Assembly (NCBI GenBank): GCA_964363635.1
Contig: CAYIIU010000001.1
Coordinates: 5,112-69,111 of the forward strand
Origin: an uncultured archaeon
GTDB taxonomy: Archaea > Iainarchaeota > Iainarchaeia > Iainarchaeales > VGJJ01
Direction of reading: 5' to 3'
DNA: 64,000 nt
Under the pieces are notes generated by a model. That model ran no database searches. It had not been told where the DNA came from and worked only from the letters and a program-made list of their open reading frames with translations. Position 1 is the stretch's first letter. Every line of letters starts with the position of its first letter. Positions 47,201-56,148 of this stretch are shown in pieces. The translations under genes and the position numbers were made by a program.

Positions 47201-47267
47201 TTGCGGCACCTAACAAGGCTCCACCAGCTACAATAGCTGCGAGTTTGCGTACTTTCAAAACATTCAT
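44214..47267 (-). CDS. Large S-layer-like cell-surface glycoprotein
   Basis: A signal peptide MNVLKVRKLAAIVAGGALLGAAMAPMVSA is present. Its size is 1017 aa. It is T/S/G/N/V-rich and has many N-x-T/S sequons. Confidence 0.6.
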   Translation of the reverse strand: MNVLKVRKLAAIVAGGALLGAAMAPMVSAITSAEAKSVTYNAEMSPNVNIVVGSSAAVSDGVWAGNIARKVVEKAVMEKVYTGGTGTGTAVVTDIAAVLALGGTVTTSGGKTFDNTPLNSTGATAEYSSDIGKDPLSFLTDKSLSYKYNGSSTSIDVKETVGVKLNPKFDTATQVKDLVTRLDSGDINYVVSLGAGIPTSAAANSTTDFTDTSDDNIRIPFFGKTFLVQKVDIDDSNNVVELRLVEDKAKQTFVAGESFTAQGVGAYSGQTLTVTVVSVVATGPAAATYQAKFNLTDEAGNVVDTQTVSAGNFVEFEDSAGDDVISGDVYLDSASVNTGTNEGAVEVLVGTSSVRLLDGQNYPYNEQVDAENINGPYQVTLTETASSNRLTKIVIKNTTKSTTTATTTAANLVKGWPISVFDSDHPFYSTDDSLTAAGTAGTHEVSFLDGTGALGEDAFKITFNGFKEDQAMVYVQIGNNELEFKDAQDTTHRVPMWVRLPEAGDSGSSTLSAGTFASNSNGIQFNFDNGNKTLYYDVNQATQDFNVADGDILNGVAIDINPVTLEMTTDLGSIDINGTGPVNVVLSGVSYLTVAPTTNYTQVRLQADGWARFAKAQINSSTASSDFLDGAAGASNPRVNGAGMTTAAMAHVFFYDDANVTAAGNLGGIGAGPRLNLSGDNYAVAYGFFVNESGTSINSRGSSEGVYLSLQGNIFNAVSSGTGQAIPVSGGLQKSKNLAFFGSDLGEDGTPDINFYVPQIDNYGKDPSAETVITAFFGVDENNGTAFGYNSRAHIDTRNDRIPLLGGASNKISTPTVDVNYGRTAQALNGVTLSLSNDSTSSSSLASAYTDWGTKMSIADGQTAEWWIPDARPNISFLVSGESTTSTVTGGEEITVKEGETGTFTTGTTVTVKDVTYTATVTDGSTVVTNGTGFTYMTPAPLNGKAQVYTDAQSVPGPKIVVGGPAVNALATEVADLLNASGDKVAGVYGSNIIVAGYTAADTGTAAQELISALDAA

Positions 47268-47622
47268 TTGTGTTCACCTCACGATCACAAACGAGCATAC
47301 GCACCAATACAACATTCAAAGAATAGTCGGTATCGATGACTGGCTCATTGAGTCATACCCTAGGTCAAGCCCTTTAAATATCTTACTAGTTTTGTACGAC
47401 TCTTAACGAAGTATCGGGACCCTTTATAACCAAACGACCCCCCAAACCACGTACAATCATCGAACGAGGGTAAGTCAATCTTCGAAAGGTTGGCGGGTAA
47501 CAAATGCAGTATTCAGGATTAGGAATGGAAAAAAATCCTTTTTACGAGGGAAAACCCCATTTGAATGGGTGTGGGGGAAGTGATCGGGCGAGGACCCTTT
47601 TGGGGGCCGGGCGATGAATATG

Positions 47623-48348
47623 CTATATCGTAGGCAAATCTTCCGGGAGAGTGGTCTTTTCCACGTTGGAAGCGGGGGTTCGAGCCGAAGAAGAGGGGGC
47701 GCGGCCCATCCCTTTGAAGAGTTTGGTGTTGAACTCTTCCACTTGTTTTCGGGAGAGAATGCCCATGATGTAGTTCGCATACGCGTGGACCATGTCCGTC
47801 ATGTCCACGAGACCATCTTGGAAGTCATTCTGGGTGAATTCTATCTTGTTGGGTTTGATGACCTCGATGGAAGCAGGGCCGTAGAAGAACATCAAACGCA
47901 CGATGGCGCGGAAATCCCTTACCGAGAGATTGACGTCTACGAACGTGGAGAACTTGTCCTCCACGGGAACAATCGTCTCTATTTTCTGCGAATAAATCTT
48001 GAAAAAAGGCTCCTTCTTGAGGTTTTCGAGGATCTTTTCGGCTTGATTTTTGACGAGACTTTCCTCCACTCCCTGAACTTCAATCATCATTTGGACGCGG
48101 AACGTGTTATCGTCCTCTTGCTCCAAAGACTTTCTGCGCTTCATTTCCGCGGACACGTCATCCTTCAACGCATACACTGGAGGGGTGCCCTGCAGCGCAA
48201 CCAATTTCAACTGCATCAAAAACTTCAACTCTTCCTGCGCCTCGCTCATTTTCATGTTAGTGCGCTCGGCCAACTGTTCAAGGGAAAGCGGACCATTGAT
48301 TAACGCAGTGGAGAGCTTCTTTTGTTTATCATTGAATTGAAGAGACAT
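47623..48348 (-). CDS. Hypothetical protein with a winged-helix-like N-terminal domain
   Basis: LSTALINGPLSLEQLAERTNMKMSEAQEELKFLMQLKLVAL looks like an HTH. The start is taken at MSLQFND. Confidence 0.35.
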   Translation of the reverse strand: MSLQFNDKQKKLSTALINGPLSLEQLAERTNMKMSEAQEELKFLMQLKLVALQGTPPVYALKDDVSAEMKRRKSLEQEDDNTFRVQMMIEVQGVEESLVKNQAEKILENLKKEPFFKIYSQKIETIVPVEDKFSTFVDVNLSVRDFRAIVRLMFFYGPASIEVIKPNKIEFTQNDFQDGLVDMTDMVHAYANYIMGILSRKQVEEFNTKLFKGMGRAPSSSARTPASNVEKTTLPEDLPTI

Positions 48349-48385
48349 ACTAAGAAAGAGCGGAGAATTGTTTATAAGAACAGGG

Positions 48386-49189
48386 TCAGGGATGGTATCG
48401 TTTGCGGAGAAAATGTTCGTATTTTCGTCGATTTGCCCAATGATTCCAAGCGCGAGAAAAAAGATTCCCACGCCGGATCTGCCGCCATGATTCGATGGTC
48501 TCATCGCGTCCTACTAGCTCCCTAGCATTGCGTTTAATCCATTGGGTGTACGTTTCAAATCCGACCGGAATATCCAAATACCCTCTCCAACGCCAGAAAT
48601 TTAATCCTACTTTTCCGGGAAAACGCAGTTGATACTGAAAACGCGCCCGTTCTGCGCGCGAGGGCTTGATGAAAATCAAATCGCCATTCCGTGCAATGGC
48701 AAAAATAGGGTGAGTGGATGCAATGACTGATGAATTTTTCCATCCCGGAGGATAACTATCCTCCGATTCCCCAATCACATGGTGGATTTTCATCAACTGC
48801 ACCATTTCTCTTTGCAAAATCATTATTTTGTACGCGGAAAATTGCCGAACACCCAAACTTAGGGAAGAACCTGCTATGCTCATGGGGGCAAACACCCCCG
48901 TTGCTGCTCCAATGCCCTGCGCTGCCATCCCTGCTTCTCCCAACGCACGAGTACGGCGCCAAAACCGCATTTCGAAGATTGCCTTTTTCATTTCAGGAGT
49001 GAGATCCGCATACGTTATCCGCACCCGATTCTGACTTGACGATTGGGGAGTCTCTAGGCTCGCGCGCGGCGGCCGGTATAGATTTTCATCGTACGCACGG
49101 GACATGACCACTCCATCGCATCGAGGGTTATATACTTTGATGAAACAGTAGAGGCATGAACATCCTCTTGCAAGTCCCCGCCGCTCCAC
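48386..49189 (-). CDS. Hypothetical protein
   Basis: It is a long ORF with no motif I recognise. Confidence 0.35.
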   Translation of the reverse strand: MERRGLARGCSCLYCFIKVYNPRCDGVVMSRAYDENLYRPPRASLETPQSSSQNRVRITYADLTPEMKKAIFEMRFWRRTRALGEAGMAAQGIGAATGVFAPMSIAGSSLSLGVRQFSAYKIMILQREMVQLMKIHHVIGESEDSYPPGWKNSSVIASTHPIFAIARNGDLIFIKPSRAERARFQYQLRFPGKVGLNFWRWRGYLDIPVGFETYTQWIKRNARELVGRDETIESWRQIRRGNLFSRAWNHWANRRKYEHFLRKRYHP

Positions 49190-49452
49190 TCGAAACGGTC
49201 ACGAATACGATTTCGGGAAACATTTCATGGCTGCTGATTGGAATCGTTTTGTTTGCCGCCGCGGCCGTGGTCATTTACTTTTTGAAAAATTTTATTGCCA
49301 ACGCCATACTAGGAATTATTGGATGGGCCGTGTTAACGTATGTGTTTCACGTCCCTCTCCCATTCCTTCCATCCCTACTCATTTCAGCGATATTTGGATT
49401 GGCTGGACTGGGCGCGATGGTCGTGCTCGCTTTTTTAGGAATCGTGACGTAA
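49156..49452 (+). CDS. Hypothetical small membrane protein
   Basis: It has three hydrophobic helices. Confidence 0.4.
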   Translation: MNILLQVPAAPLETVTNTISGNISWLLIGIVLFAAAAVVIYFLKNFIANAILGIIGWAVLTYVFHVPLPFLPSLLISAIFGLAGLGAMVVLAFLGIVT

Positions 49453-49475
49453 ACTTTTTTGAAAAAAAAGTTTAA
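49453..49475. terminator. Near-perfect T-run/A-run palindrome between convergent genes, a putative bidirectional terminator
   Basis: aaacttttttgaaaaaaaagttt starts immediately after the plus-strand stop at 49452. It lies 20 nt before the minus-strand gene end at 49496. Confidence 0.45.
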
Positions 49476-49495
49476 TCAAAAAAATAATCAAAACC

Positions 49496-50251
49496 CTAAC
49501 GCACGTAAGGGAGATCTAATTTCTTGTTCCCGCCCTCTTCCGCCTGCATCGTCTCGGCGAGTTTCTGGAATGCTTTCTCAATCTCCTTCGACTCGGCTTC
49601 AATCTTGTCCATCTTTATTTTGAAGCCGTATTTTTTAATCAAAAGGTCGAGAACGCTCTTGCTCGCGCCCGGGTCACCATAAACAAGGCGCGCAGAGGTT
49701 TCTCCCATCAAACACACGCCCGGAATGCCCTGCGTCTTTCCTATTCCCAACAACAAACCCGCGTGGCCCCAAATGGTTCCTTCCGGCTGATCCGTTTTCG
49801 CACCGGCCTTTTTCCATTCTTCCAAGGATTTTTTGTCCGTGGCCGCGGCAATGACATGCGGCGTAATCTTCATGCGTTCTTCACCAATATTCAACCCCGC
49901 AATCGTGCACACTTCATTGATGCCAAGCTCTTTGAACGCCGCCACTAATGTTCGGGAAAAATCATACTGGTCTCCCGTGTTGGAGACATTCTGGTCCCAG
50001 TTTGGAATCACAGGACCCGCGACGAAATAGAATGCCTGTCCTTTGTGATTCAAATAATAAATATGGTCGGAAAACATTTCCACGACGCCGCTCTTGGTAA
50101 TGACTGCGGGGGGAAACGAATCACTAAAAACTTCGGCAATTTTTTTGGGCTTCAATTCTTTCACTAAATAATCCACGACAATTTTTCCCACGAGACCAAT
50201 GCCGGGCAAGCCGATGAAAACCATCCCGCCTTTCTCTTTGGGCTTTTCCAT
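49496..50251 (-). CDS. PAC2-family (proteasome assembly chaperone-like) protein
   Basis: MVFIGLPGIGLVGKI is the PAC2 N-terminal signature. The size from MEKPKEK is about 250 aa. Confidence 0.55.
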   Translation of the reverse strand: MEKPKEKGGMVFIGLPGIGLVGKIVVDYLVKELKPKKIAEVFSDSFPPAVITKSGVVEMFSDHIYYLNHKGQAFYFVAGPVIPNWDQNVSNTGDQYDFSRTLVAAFKELGINEVCTIAGLNIGEERMKITPHVIAAATDKKSLEEWKKAGAKTDQPEGTIWGHAGLLLGIGKTQGIPGVCLMGETSARLVYGDPGASKSVLDLLIKKYGFKIKMDKIEAESKEIEKAFQKLAETMQAEEGGNKKLDLPYVR

Positions 50252-50277
50252 AATGAAAACTTGCGTGGGCATGACTT

Positions 50278-51228
50278 TCAACTCACTACCTGTCGAGCGA
50301 ACGAAATGGTACCATTCTGGCCTATATATTTGTGCAGTTTTTCCTGCACGCCTGCCAATCCTTTTTCGGCGAGCTTGAAATCGTACGAAACGACTTTCAA
50401 CAAATATTTTCCCCCGCCCAAATAGGAATAATGAATGTTGGCATTGGAGACATTTTTGGCGCTTTCCAACAAAGCCGTTTTGACCAACTCCACACCATTG
50501 GGAGCAGTGCATGCAATCGTGAGTGTGCCCTTCACTTCCTTCTCTGCAGGGCGGACATTCTTTTTCACCACTTCAACGAGAATAGGAATCCACTCTTTAC
50601 TGATTCCATCAATCGCACGTTCTCCATCCATGGCAATGGCTTCAAAGGCTTGGGGAATGTTTCCATACATCGCAATGAGAGGAGGCGCAATGGCCGCCCA
50701 ACCTTCTTCTTTGGTCTTGTTGAGTGTTTTCGCCATCTGCTCAATCAATTTTTTATTTCGATCCAATTGTTTGTACTCTTCGATGCGCAAACGTTGCTGA
50801 CGCTCGGTGACTTTCGTGAGTGAAAGGTCGATTTGCAATTTTTCCTTGTCAATCTTTTGAACAAGCGCCGCGCGCATCTGTCCTTCGCTCACGTAATTGC
50901 GAATATTCTTGATCCAGCTCGATTCGACTTGAGAGATGTGAACGAAACCCGTGGCGTTTTCATATTCTAACAGCGAACAAAAAACTCCGTAATCCAAAAC
51001 CTTGTCTACTTTCACGACGACAATTTCATTGATGTTGGGCCACTTCTTCACATTTTGATTTCGCATCGACGCGGCACTGGACTGCGGACGCGGAGAAAAT
51101 CCTCCGGCGGTGTTTAAACCTTGGCCCGTCCCTGTTCCCGTTCCCGTGCTCGTCGTGCGCCCATGATACGGTTTGGAAGGCCGGGCAAAACGCGGACGAT
51201 TGAAATTAGGTCGCGGGGGGAAGGGCAT
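50278..51228 (-). CDS. eif2a: Translation initiation factor 2 α subunit (aIF-2α); the start may be the internal Met at 51066
   Basis: The S1 domain is NEIVVVKVDKVLDYGVFCSLLEYENATGFVHISQV, followed by alpha-helical and alpha/beta domains. An in-frame 54-aa Pro/Arg/(TG)n N-terminal extension is present. Confidence 0.8.
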   Translation of the reverse strand: MPFPPRPNFNRPRFARPSKPYHGRTTSTGTGTGTGQGLNTAGGFSPRPQSSAASMRNQNVKKWPNINEIVVVKVDKVLDYGVFCSLLEYENATGFVHISQVESSWIKNIRNYVSEGQMRAALVQKIDKEKLQIDLSLTKVTERQQRLRIEEYKQLDRNKKLIEQMAKTLNKTKEEGWAAIAPPLIAMYGNIPQAFEAIAMDGERAIDGISKEWIPILVEVVKKNVRPAEKEVKGTLTIACTAPNGVELVKTALLESAKNVSNANIHYSYLGGGKYLLKVVSYDFKLAEKGLAGVQEKLHKYIGQNGTISFARQVVS

Positions 51229-51281
51229 ATGTACGAAAGCGGGGGCAAATAGTTCTTAAATAAACGTCCTTTCCGCACGGT

Positions 51282-51992
51282 TCAAACGTTTTCCCCGAGT
51301 TTGCGGGAGAGAAATAATTGTGCAATCTTCTCCGGGAGTTCAACAATTTCGCCGGGCTTGTAGGGGCCGTACTCTTTCAAATCGGTTCCCACAAAACTTG
51401 GAATATCTGAAATGATTTTTACCGGAGAAGAGGGGCCGGATGATGCAGAAGGATTTCGCGCGGGCGTGGAGGAAGAGGAAAATGAATGGGATGGGGGAAC
51501 CGTTTCCACCATTTTTTCAACGGGAGGAGACTCGGGAGAAACATGTTTCAGTGAATCCATCCGCGCTTCTAATGGTGAAGGAGATTGCGGAGTGGAGGGA
51601 ATTCCAATCGCGACAAACTCTCCATTGGCATCCATGACTTGCTTGGCAATGGCGCGGTGGTCCATGAGCGCGGCATACACGAGCGCGACCATTTTCTTTT
51701 CTTCCGCGGCCATATGTTGAGAATCCATTTCTTCTAAACGCGCGGCCATGAGAACGGCATTCAACAATTTCTTTTCGCGCACGACAAACCATTCATCCAC
51801 GAGCTTTTTCAAGTTCCCAAAGTCCCTTGCTCGAGTGGTGTTCAAATCCTTCAACGAGTCAAAATATTTCTTCCGCTCCTCATCGATGAGACCGTGCAAT
51901 AAGGTGAAAAAATCGTCGGGAACGTCCACTAATCTTGCCGTGCTCTTTTCCAAGCGGTATATTCTCCGCATTTCTTCAAAATCAATCGCCAT
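51282..51992 (-). CDS. gins51: Putative GINS subunit Gins51 (Gins15)
   Basis: The helical A-domain reads MAIDFEEMRRIYRLEKSTARLVDVPDDFFTLL and continues to LVYAALMD. A Ser/Pro linker follows, then a small C-terminal beta domain. It is adjacent to priS, as in many archaea. Confidence 0.5.
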   Translation of the reverse strand: MAIDFEEMRRIYRLEKSTARLVDVPDDFFTLLHGLIDEERKKYFDSLKDLNTTRARDFGNLKKLVDEWFVVREKKLLNAVLMAARLEEMDSQHMAAEEKKMVALVYAALMDHRAIAKQVMDANGEFVAIGIPSTPQSPSPLEARMDSLKHVSPESPPVEKMVETVPPSHSFSSSSTPARNPSASSGPSSPVKIISDIPSFVGTDLKEYGPYKPGEIVELPEKIAQLFLSRKLGENV

Positions 51993-52088
51993 ATTTTCCC
52001 AACCTATTGCTTGGTGTGAAACGGCTTTCCAACCTAAATGACTGCCTACTTCACTTTCCCAACTTCCTTCGGTTTCCAACCATTTGCT

Positions 52089-53327
52089 TTAGCGCAGCGT
52101 GGCTGCACCCCAACCGACTAAATACACGCTCAAGGGGCCGGGAACCACCATTTCAGCAGGTTCCAAGACTGGGTCGAGCGTGTATTTCCCGATAGTAATC
52201 TGGGGAGCATGGTCCACTAAAAGCTTTCGCTCGGGAAGCATGAAAAATGGTGCGGAATCGACGAAGGGATTGTAATCCTTGAGTTGTGCGATGGGAATCG
52301 TCTGCGCCACTAATCCGGTGCTGCCGTGCAGCGTGTCCGGCACGCGAATCAACTTGAAAATATCCCCCGAGGTCTGCCTGTCGATGGGCAAGCGAAGTTT
52401 TTCCACCAACGCAGATAAGACGGCGTTCCAAAACGCTTCCGTTTTTTTCCCGGGCAACGCGGGCAAATACCCTGAATGGATTTCCTGAAACCACTGCTTC
52501 CGTTTGTTCACGTCGCCTAAATACGAACGAATACTCCGCGGCGCGGAACCGGAAATGAGCACCCATTCGTCTTCGGTGCCACTCTCAACAAGTCGCAAAA
52601 GTTCGGCGAGCAATCGTTTGGCGTGACCTGATGCTTTCGCGTAACGCGGACAGCGATACGCCTTTCCATCGAATGAAAAACCGGCTAGTTGAGCGTCAAA
52701 CTCGTGCATAGAAAGATAATCCATCAATTCTACGCGTGCGGATTTGGGAAGCGTAAAAATACTTTGCGAGCGCACGTAAACATGATACCCTTTGCTCCCA
52801 GAGAAATTGACGTGTAACATTTTTTCATCAAAACCAAAATCGTCTTGGAGAACTTTGAGTAAGGAAAACGTTTGCGTCTTCGTCGCACCCACACATTCGT
52901 TGCACACCCATTCATCCAGCGCAGTGCCCTTTCCGCAGGTGGTGCATTTTTTCACACGGCCTTTTCCTATCGCACCGCAGCTGGTGCATTTCCACGAGTC
53001 ATGTTTTTCTTTGCAACTCGTGGGAACGTCATCCGCATCAAATTCGTAAATCAAGTCGCTCCCCACGAGGCCTTTTTTTTCCATCGGTTGTATCGCGGGA
53101 TTCATGAACTCTGAAACGGACGCGGACACAAACAAAGGAGTTTGGTTTCTCAAAAAGGAATTGAACTCGGCATTATTTTCAATGTGAACATGGCGCTTGT
53201 CGATTTTCCCTTCGATTCCCCACCCGAATTCGCGGCGCGACGCATCATAGGGAAGGGAAAGCGTATGTTGAGCGTAATATTTCTGGAACAGGCCCCTCAA
53301 CCAGATAATTTCATTGGAATAATTCAT
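52089..53327 (-). CDS. priS: DNA primase catalytic (small) subunit PriS
   Basis: DLIYEFDAD contains the catalytic acidic residues and FSGSKGYHVYV is the SGxRGYH motif. A Zn knuckle CTSCG...CTTCG is present. Confidence 0.8.
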   Translation of the reverse strand: MNYSNEIIWLRGLFQKYYAQHTLSLPYDASRREFGWGIEGKIDKRHVHIENNAEFNSFLRNQTPLFVSASVSEFMNPAIQPMEKKGLVGSDLIYEFDADDVPTSCKEKHDSWKCTSCGAIGKGRVKKCTTCGKGTALDEWVCNECVGATKTQTFSLLKVLQDDFGFDEKMLHVNFSGSKGYHVYVRSQSIFTLPKSARVELMDYLSMHEFDAQLAGFSFDGKAYRCPRYAKASGHAKRLLAELLRLVESGTEDEWVLISGSAPRSIRSYLGDVNKRKQWFQEIHSGYLPALPGKKTEAFWNAVLSALVEKLRLPIDRQTSGDIFKLIRVPDTLHGSTGLVAQTIPIAQLKDYNPFVDSAPFFMLPERKLLVDHAPQITIGKYTLDPVLEPAEMVVPGPLSVYLVGWGAATLR

Positions 53328-53442
53328 GAACGCACAACCCTATAGGGAATATGCCGGAGGAGAGATATAAAGAAAACGAAGAAGAAACGCATTATCAGGG
53401 TTTTGGTCCAAAACCCAGACCCAAATTGCCATTCTCATTTAT

Positions 53443-56148
53443 ATGCCACCAATTCCAGCTCGAAGGATGCCAGAGCACTATCAACAGGACGTGAACAGTG
53501 TCCTGCGCGCACTGAAAACGAGCGCAAACGGACTCTCCAATGAGGAAGCCGCGTTGCGGTTGAACGAAGACGGGTCCAACACGATTCAACTGGACAAAAA
53601 AATCAATGTGTGGGGATTGTTAATCGGACAATTCACGGAACTGCTCGTAGTCGTGTTAATCGGCGCGGGCATACTCTCCTATTTGGTGGGCGACCCGCTC
53701 GATACCGTGGTTATTTTTGCGATTGTCATCATCAACGGCCTCCTAGGATTTTTTCAAGAATACAAAGCCGAACGCGCCATTGACGAATTAAAAAAAATGG
53801 GAGCGCAAGGGGCAACTGTCAAACGCAATGGCAAACTGATTCAAATCAGCGCCAAAGACTTGGTGCCGGGAGACATTGTACAGCTCGAAGAAGGAGACAA
53901 AATCCCCGCGGACATTCGATTCATCGACGTCATTGAGACATCCGTGGATGAGGCCGTGCTCACCGGAGAAAGCAGTGCAGTGAATAAGAAAGTGGAAGCG
54001 TTAAGCGGAACACTGGCGGTCGCGGACCGCGTCAATTACGGATACGCCAACACTTCCATCGTTCGCGGACGCGGAATGGGAGTGGTTATTTTCACCGGAT
54101 TGAAAACAGAATTTGGAAAAATCGCCGAAAAATTAGAAGAAGTGGTGGACGAACCCACTCCCCTCAAGCAAAACTTGGAAGTGCTGGCCAAACAGCTCAC
54201 GATAGGCGTGGTTATCGTGATGGTCATTTTGTTTATCATCGGATACTTCATCCAAGGACGCGAATTAGTAGAAATGCTCCTGCTTGCTATTGCGTTAGGA
54301 GTGGCTGCCATTCCGGAAGGACTTCCGGCCGTGACCACCATTACGCTTGCGCTGGGCATTCAGCAGATGGCCCAGCGAAACGCGCTCATCAAACATCTGC
54401 CAAGCGTGGAAACATTGGGGTCAACGGACGTTATTTGCTCCGATAAAACGGGAACACTCACCAAGAATGAAATGACCGTAGAATACGTGTACGCGGACGA
54501 GCAACTCGTTCACGTCACGGGCGTCGGTTACGCGTCCGCGGGGGAAATACAATGGAACAACCAGCCGTTTAATGTGGAACGCGAAAGCGCGCTTGAAATG
54601 ACGATTCAAAATGGCGTGCACAACAACAATTCCCAATACCACGTTGACGAGGGAACCATTTTGGGGGACCCCACGGAAGGGTGTATGCTCGTGCTGGGAC
54701 ACAAAGCCCGGGTGAATGCAACCCTTGTACGCATAAAAGAAATTCCTTTCACGAGCGAACGAAAAAAAATGACAACCGTGAATACGCTCAACACGAATGC
54801 ATATCGTATTTTCATGAAGGGAGCAGTGGAAAAAATATTGGAAAAAAGCATCCTCGTTTTAGAACACGGAAAACGCGTACCCATGACGGAAGGAAAACGC
54901 CAGCAGATACTCCAACAAACGGAAACGCTTTCCAAGAATGCGTACCGCGTATTAGGGTTTGCCTACCGCGACGTGAATGCGCTTTCGGATGATATGGAGC
55001 ACAGCCTCGTGTTCACCGGACTCATGGCGCTGCGCGACCCCCCGCGAGAAGAGGTTACTCAAGCTATTCAGAAATGTTTAGACGCCGGAATTCAAGTGAA
55101 GATGATTACGGGAGACCACCCGGTTACCGCTGCTGCAATCGCGGAGAAAATCGGACTCAAGGGAAATGCCATCACAGGAGTAGAATTGAACCAAATGGAC
55201 GATGCACAATTCAACGACGCCGTACGAACGCACAACGTGTTCGCGCGCGTGGACCCGGAGCACAAATACAAAATTGTTTCGTTTTTACAGAAACAAGGAC
55301 ATGTGGTCGCGGTGACGGGAGACGGCGTGAATGATGCCCCCGCGATTAAGAAAGCGGACATCGGAATCGCGATGGGAATCAAGGGAACGGATGTGGCGAA
55401 AGAGGCAAGCGACATGGTGCTGCGCGACGATAATTTTGCGAGCATTGTGAACGCGGTGGAACTTGGACGCACGGTGTATCAGAACATTCAAGCGTTTGTA
55501 CGCTATTTGTTGGGCGCCAATTTGGTGGAAGTATTAGTCGTGTCGCTGGGATTCTTTTTTGCTTTGGGGGAAGTGATTACACCCATCCAATTATTGTGGA
55601 TTAATCTCGCCACCGATGCCCTTCCTGCACTCGCCCTCGGAGAAGACCCGCCCGGAAAGCACGTGATGCAGCAGAAACCGCGCTCTAAATTCGCGGGGGT
55701 CTTAGACGGAATGGGCTCGTTCATCGGCATCGCAGGAATACTCGGCACGGCCGCGACGCTGGGAATGTACATGTACGGACTCTCAACGGACGAAGATTAC
55801 GCGCGCACGCTCGCATTCACCACGCTCGTCGTGTTTGAACTCATGCTCGTATTCAACGCCCGCCAAATTGGAAAGAGCTGGCTGCAGTACAGTCCGTTCA
55901 ACAATATTTGGCTGATTGCGGCGGTGCTAGCATCGTTCGCTCTGCAGATGATTGCAGTGTACGTTCCTTTCTTACATCCCATTTTCAAAACGGAAAGCAT
56001 TGCGCTGAATGACATGCTGATTATTTTGGGCGTGTGCTTGAGCACGACGCTTGTTCCATATCTGGCGGAGTCGTACAATCGATTGACCAAAAAGAAAAGC
56101 GAAAAAGAATATTTTGAAAACGCATGGCCCGCGCCGAATGTGAACTAA
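53443..56148 (+). CDS. P-type cation-transporting ATPase (type II, Ca2+-ATPase-like)
   Basis: ICSDKTGTLT is the phosphorylation site. TGDGVNDAPAIKKADIGIAMG is the hinge and KGAVE/MITGD are further motifs. Ten TM segments are predicted. Confidence 0.9.
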   Translation: MPPIPARRMPEHYQQDVNSVLRALKTSANGLSNEEAALRLNEDGSNTIQLDKKINVWGLLIGQFTELLVVVLIGAGILSYLVGDPLDTVVIFAIVIINGLLGFFQEYKAERAIDELKKMGAQGATVKRNGKLIQISAKDLVPGDIVQLEEGDKIPADIRFIDVIETSVDEAVLTGESSAVNKKVEALSGTLAVADRVNYGYANTSIVRGRGMGVVIFTGLKTEFGKIAEKLEEVVDEPTPLKQNLEVLAKQLTIGVVIVMVILFIIGYFIQGRELVEMLLLAIALGVAAIPEGLPAVTTITLALGIQQMAQRNALIKHLPSVETLGSTDVICSDKTGTLTKNEMTVEYVYADEQLVHVTGVGYASAGEIQWNNQPFNVERESALEMTIQNGVHNNNSQYHVDEGTILGDPTEGCMLVLGHKARVNATLVRIKEIPFTSERKKMTTVNTLNTNAYRIFMKGAVEKILEKSILVLEHGKRVPMTEGKRQQILQQTETLSKNAYRVLGFAYRDVNALSDDMEHSLVFTGLMALRDPPREEVTQAIQKCLDAGIQVKMITGDHPVTAAAIAEKIGLKGNAITGVELNQMDDAQFNDAVRTHNVFARVDPEHKYKIVSFLQKQGHVVAVTGDGVNDAPAIKKADIGIAMGIKGTDVAKEASDMVLRDDNFASIVNAVELGRTVYQNIQAFVRYLLGANLVEVLVVSLGFFFALGEVITPIQLLWINLATDALPALALGEDPPGKHVMQQKPRSKFAGVLDGMGSFIGIAGILGTAATLGMYMYGLSTDEDYARTLAFTTLVVFELMLVFNARQIGKSWLQYSPFNNIWLIAAVLASFALQMIAVYVPFLHPIFKTESIALNDMLIILGVCLSTTLVPYLAESYNRLTKKKSEKEYFENAWPAPNVN

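Noticed and set aside
47623-48504. Full 293-aa ORF including the N-terminal MRPSNHGG... segment
   Set aside because: It overlaps the 48386-49189 gene by 119 nt. The internal Met at 48348 gives a cleaner gene boundary.
50252-50512. N-terminal 87 codons of ORF 49496-50512, which are Cys-rich (MHCSQWCGVG...)
   Set aside because: The PAC2 signature begins at the internal Met. The upstream part overlaps the aIF-2α gene end and is probably non-coding.
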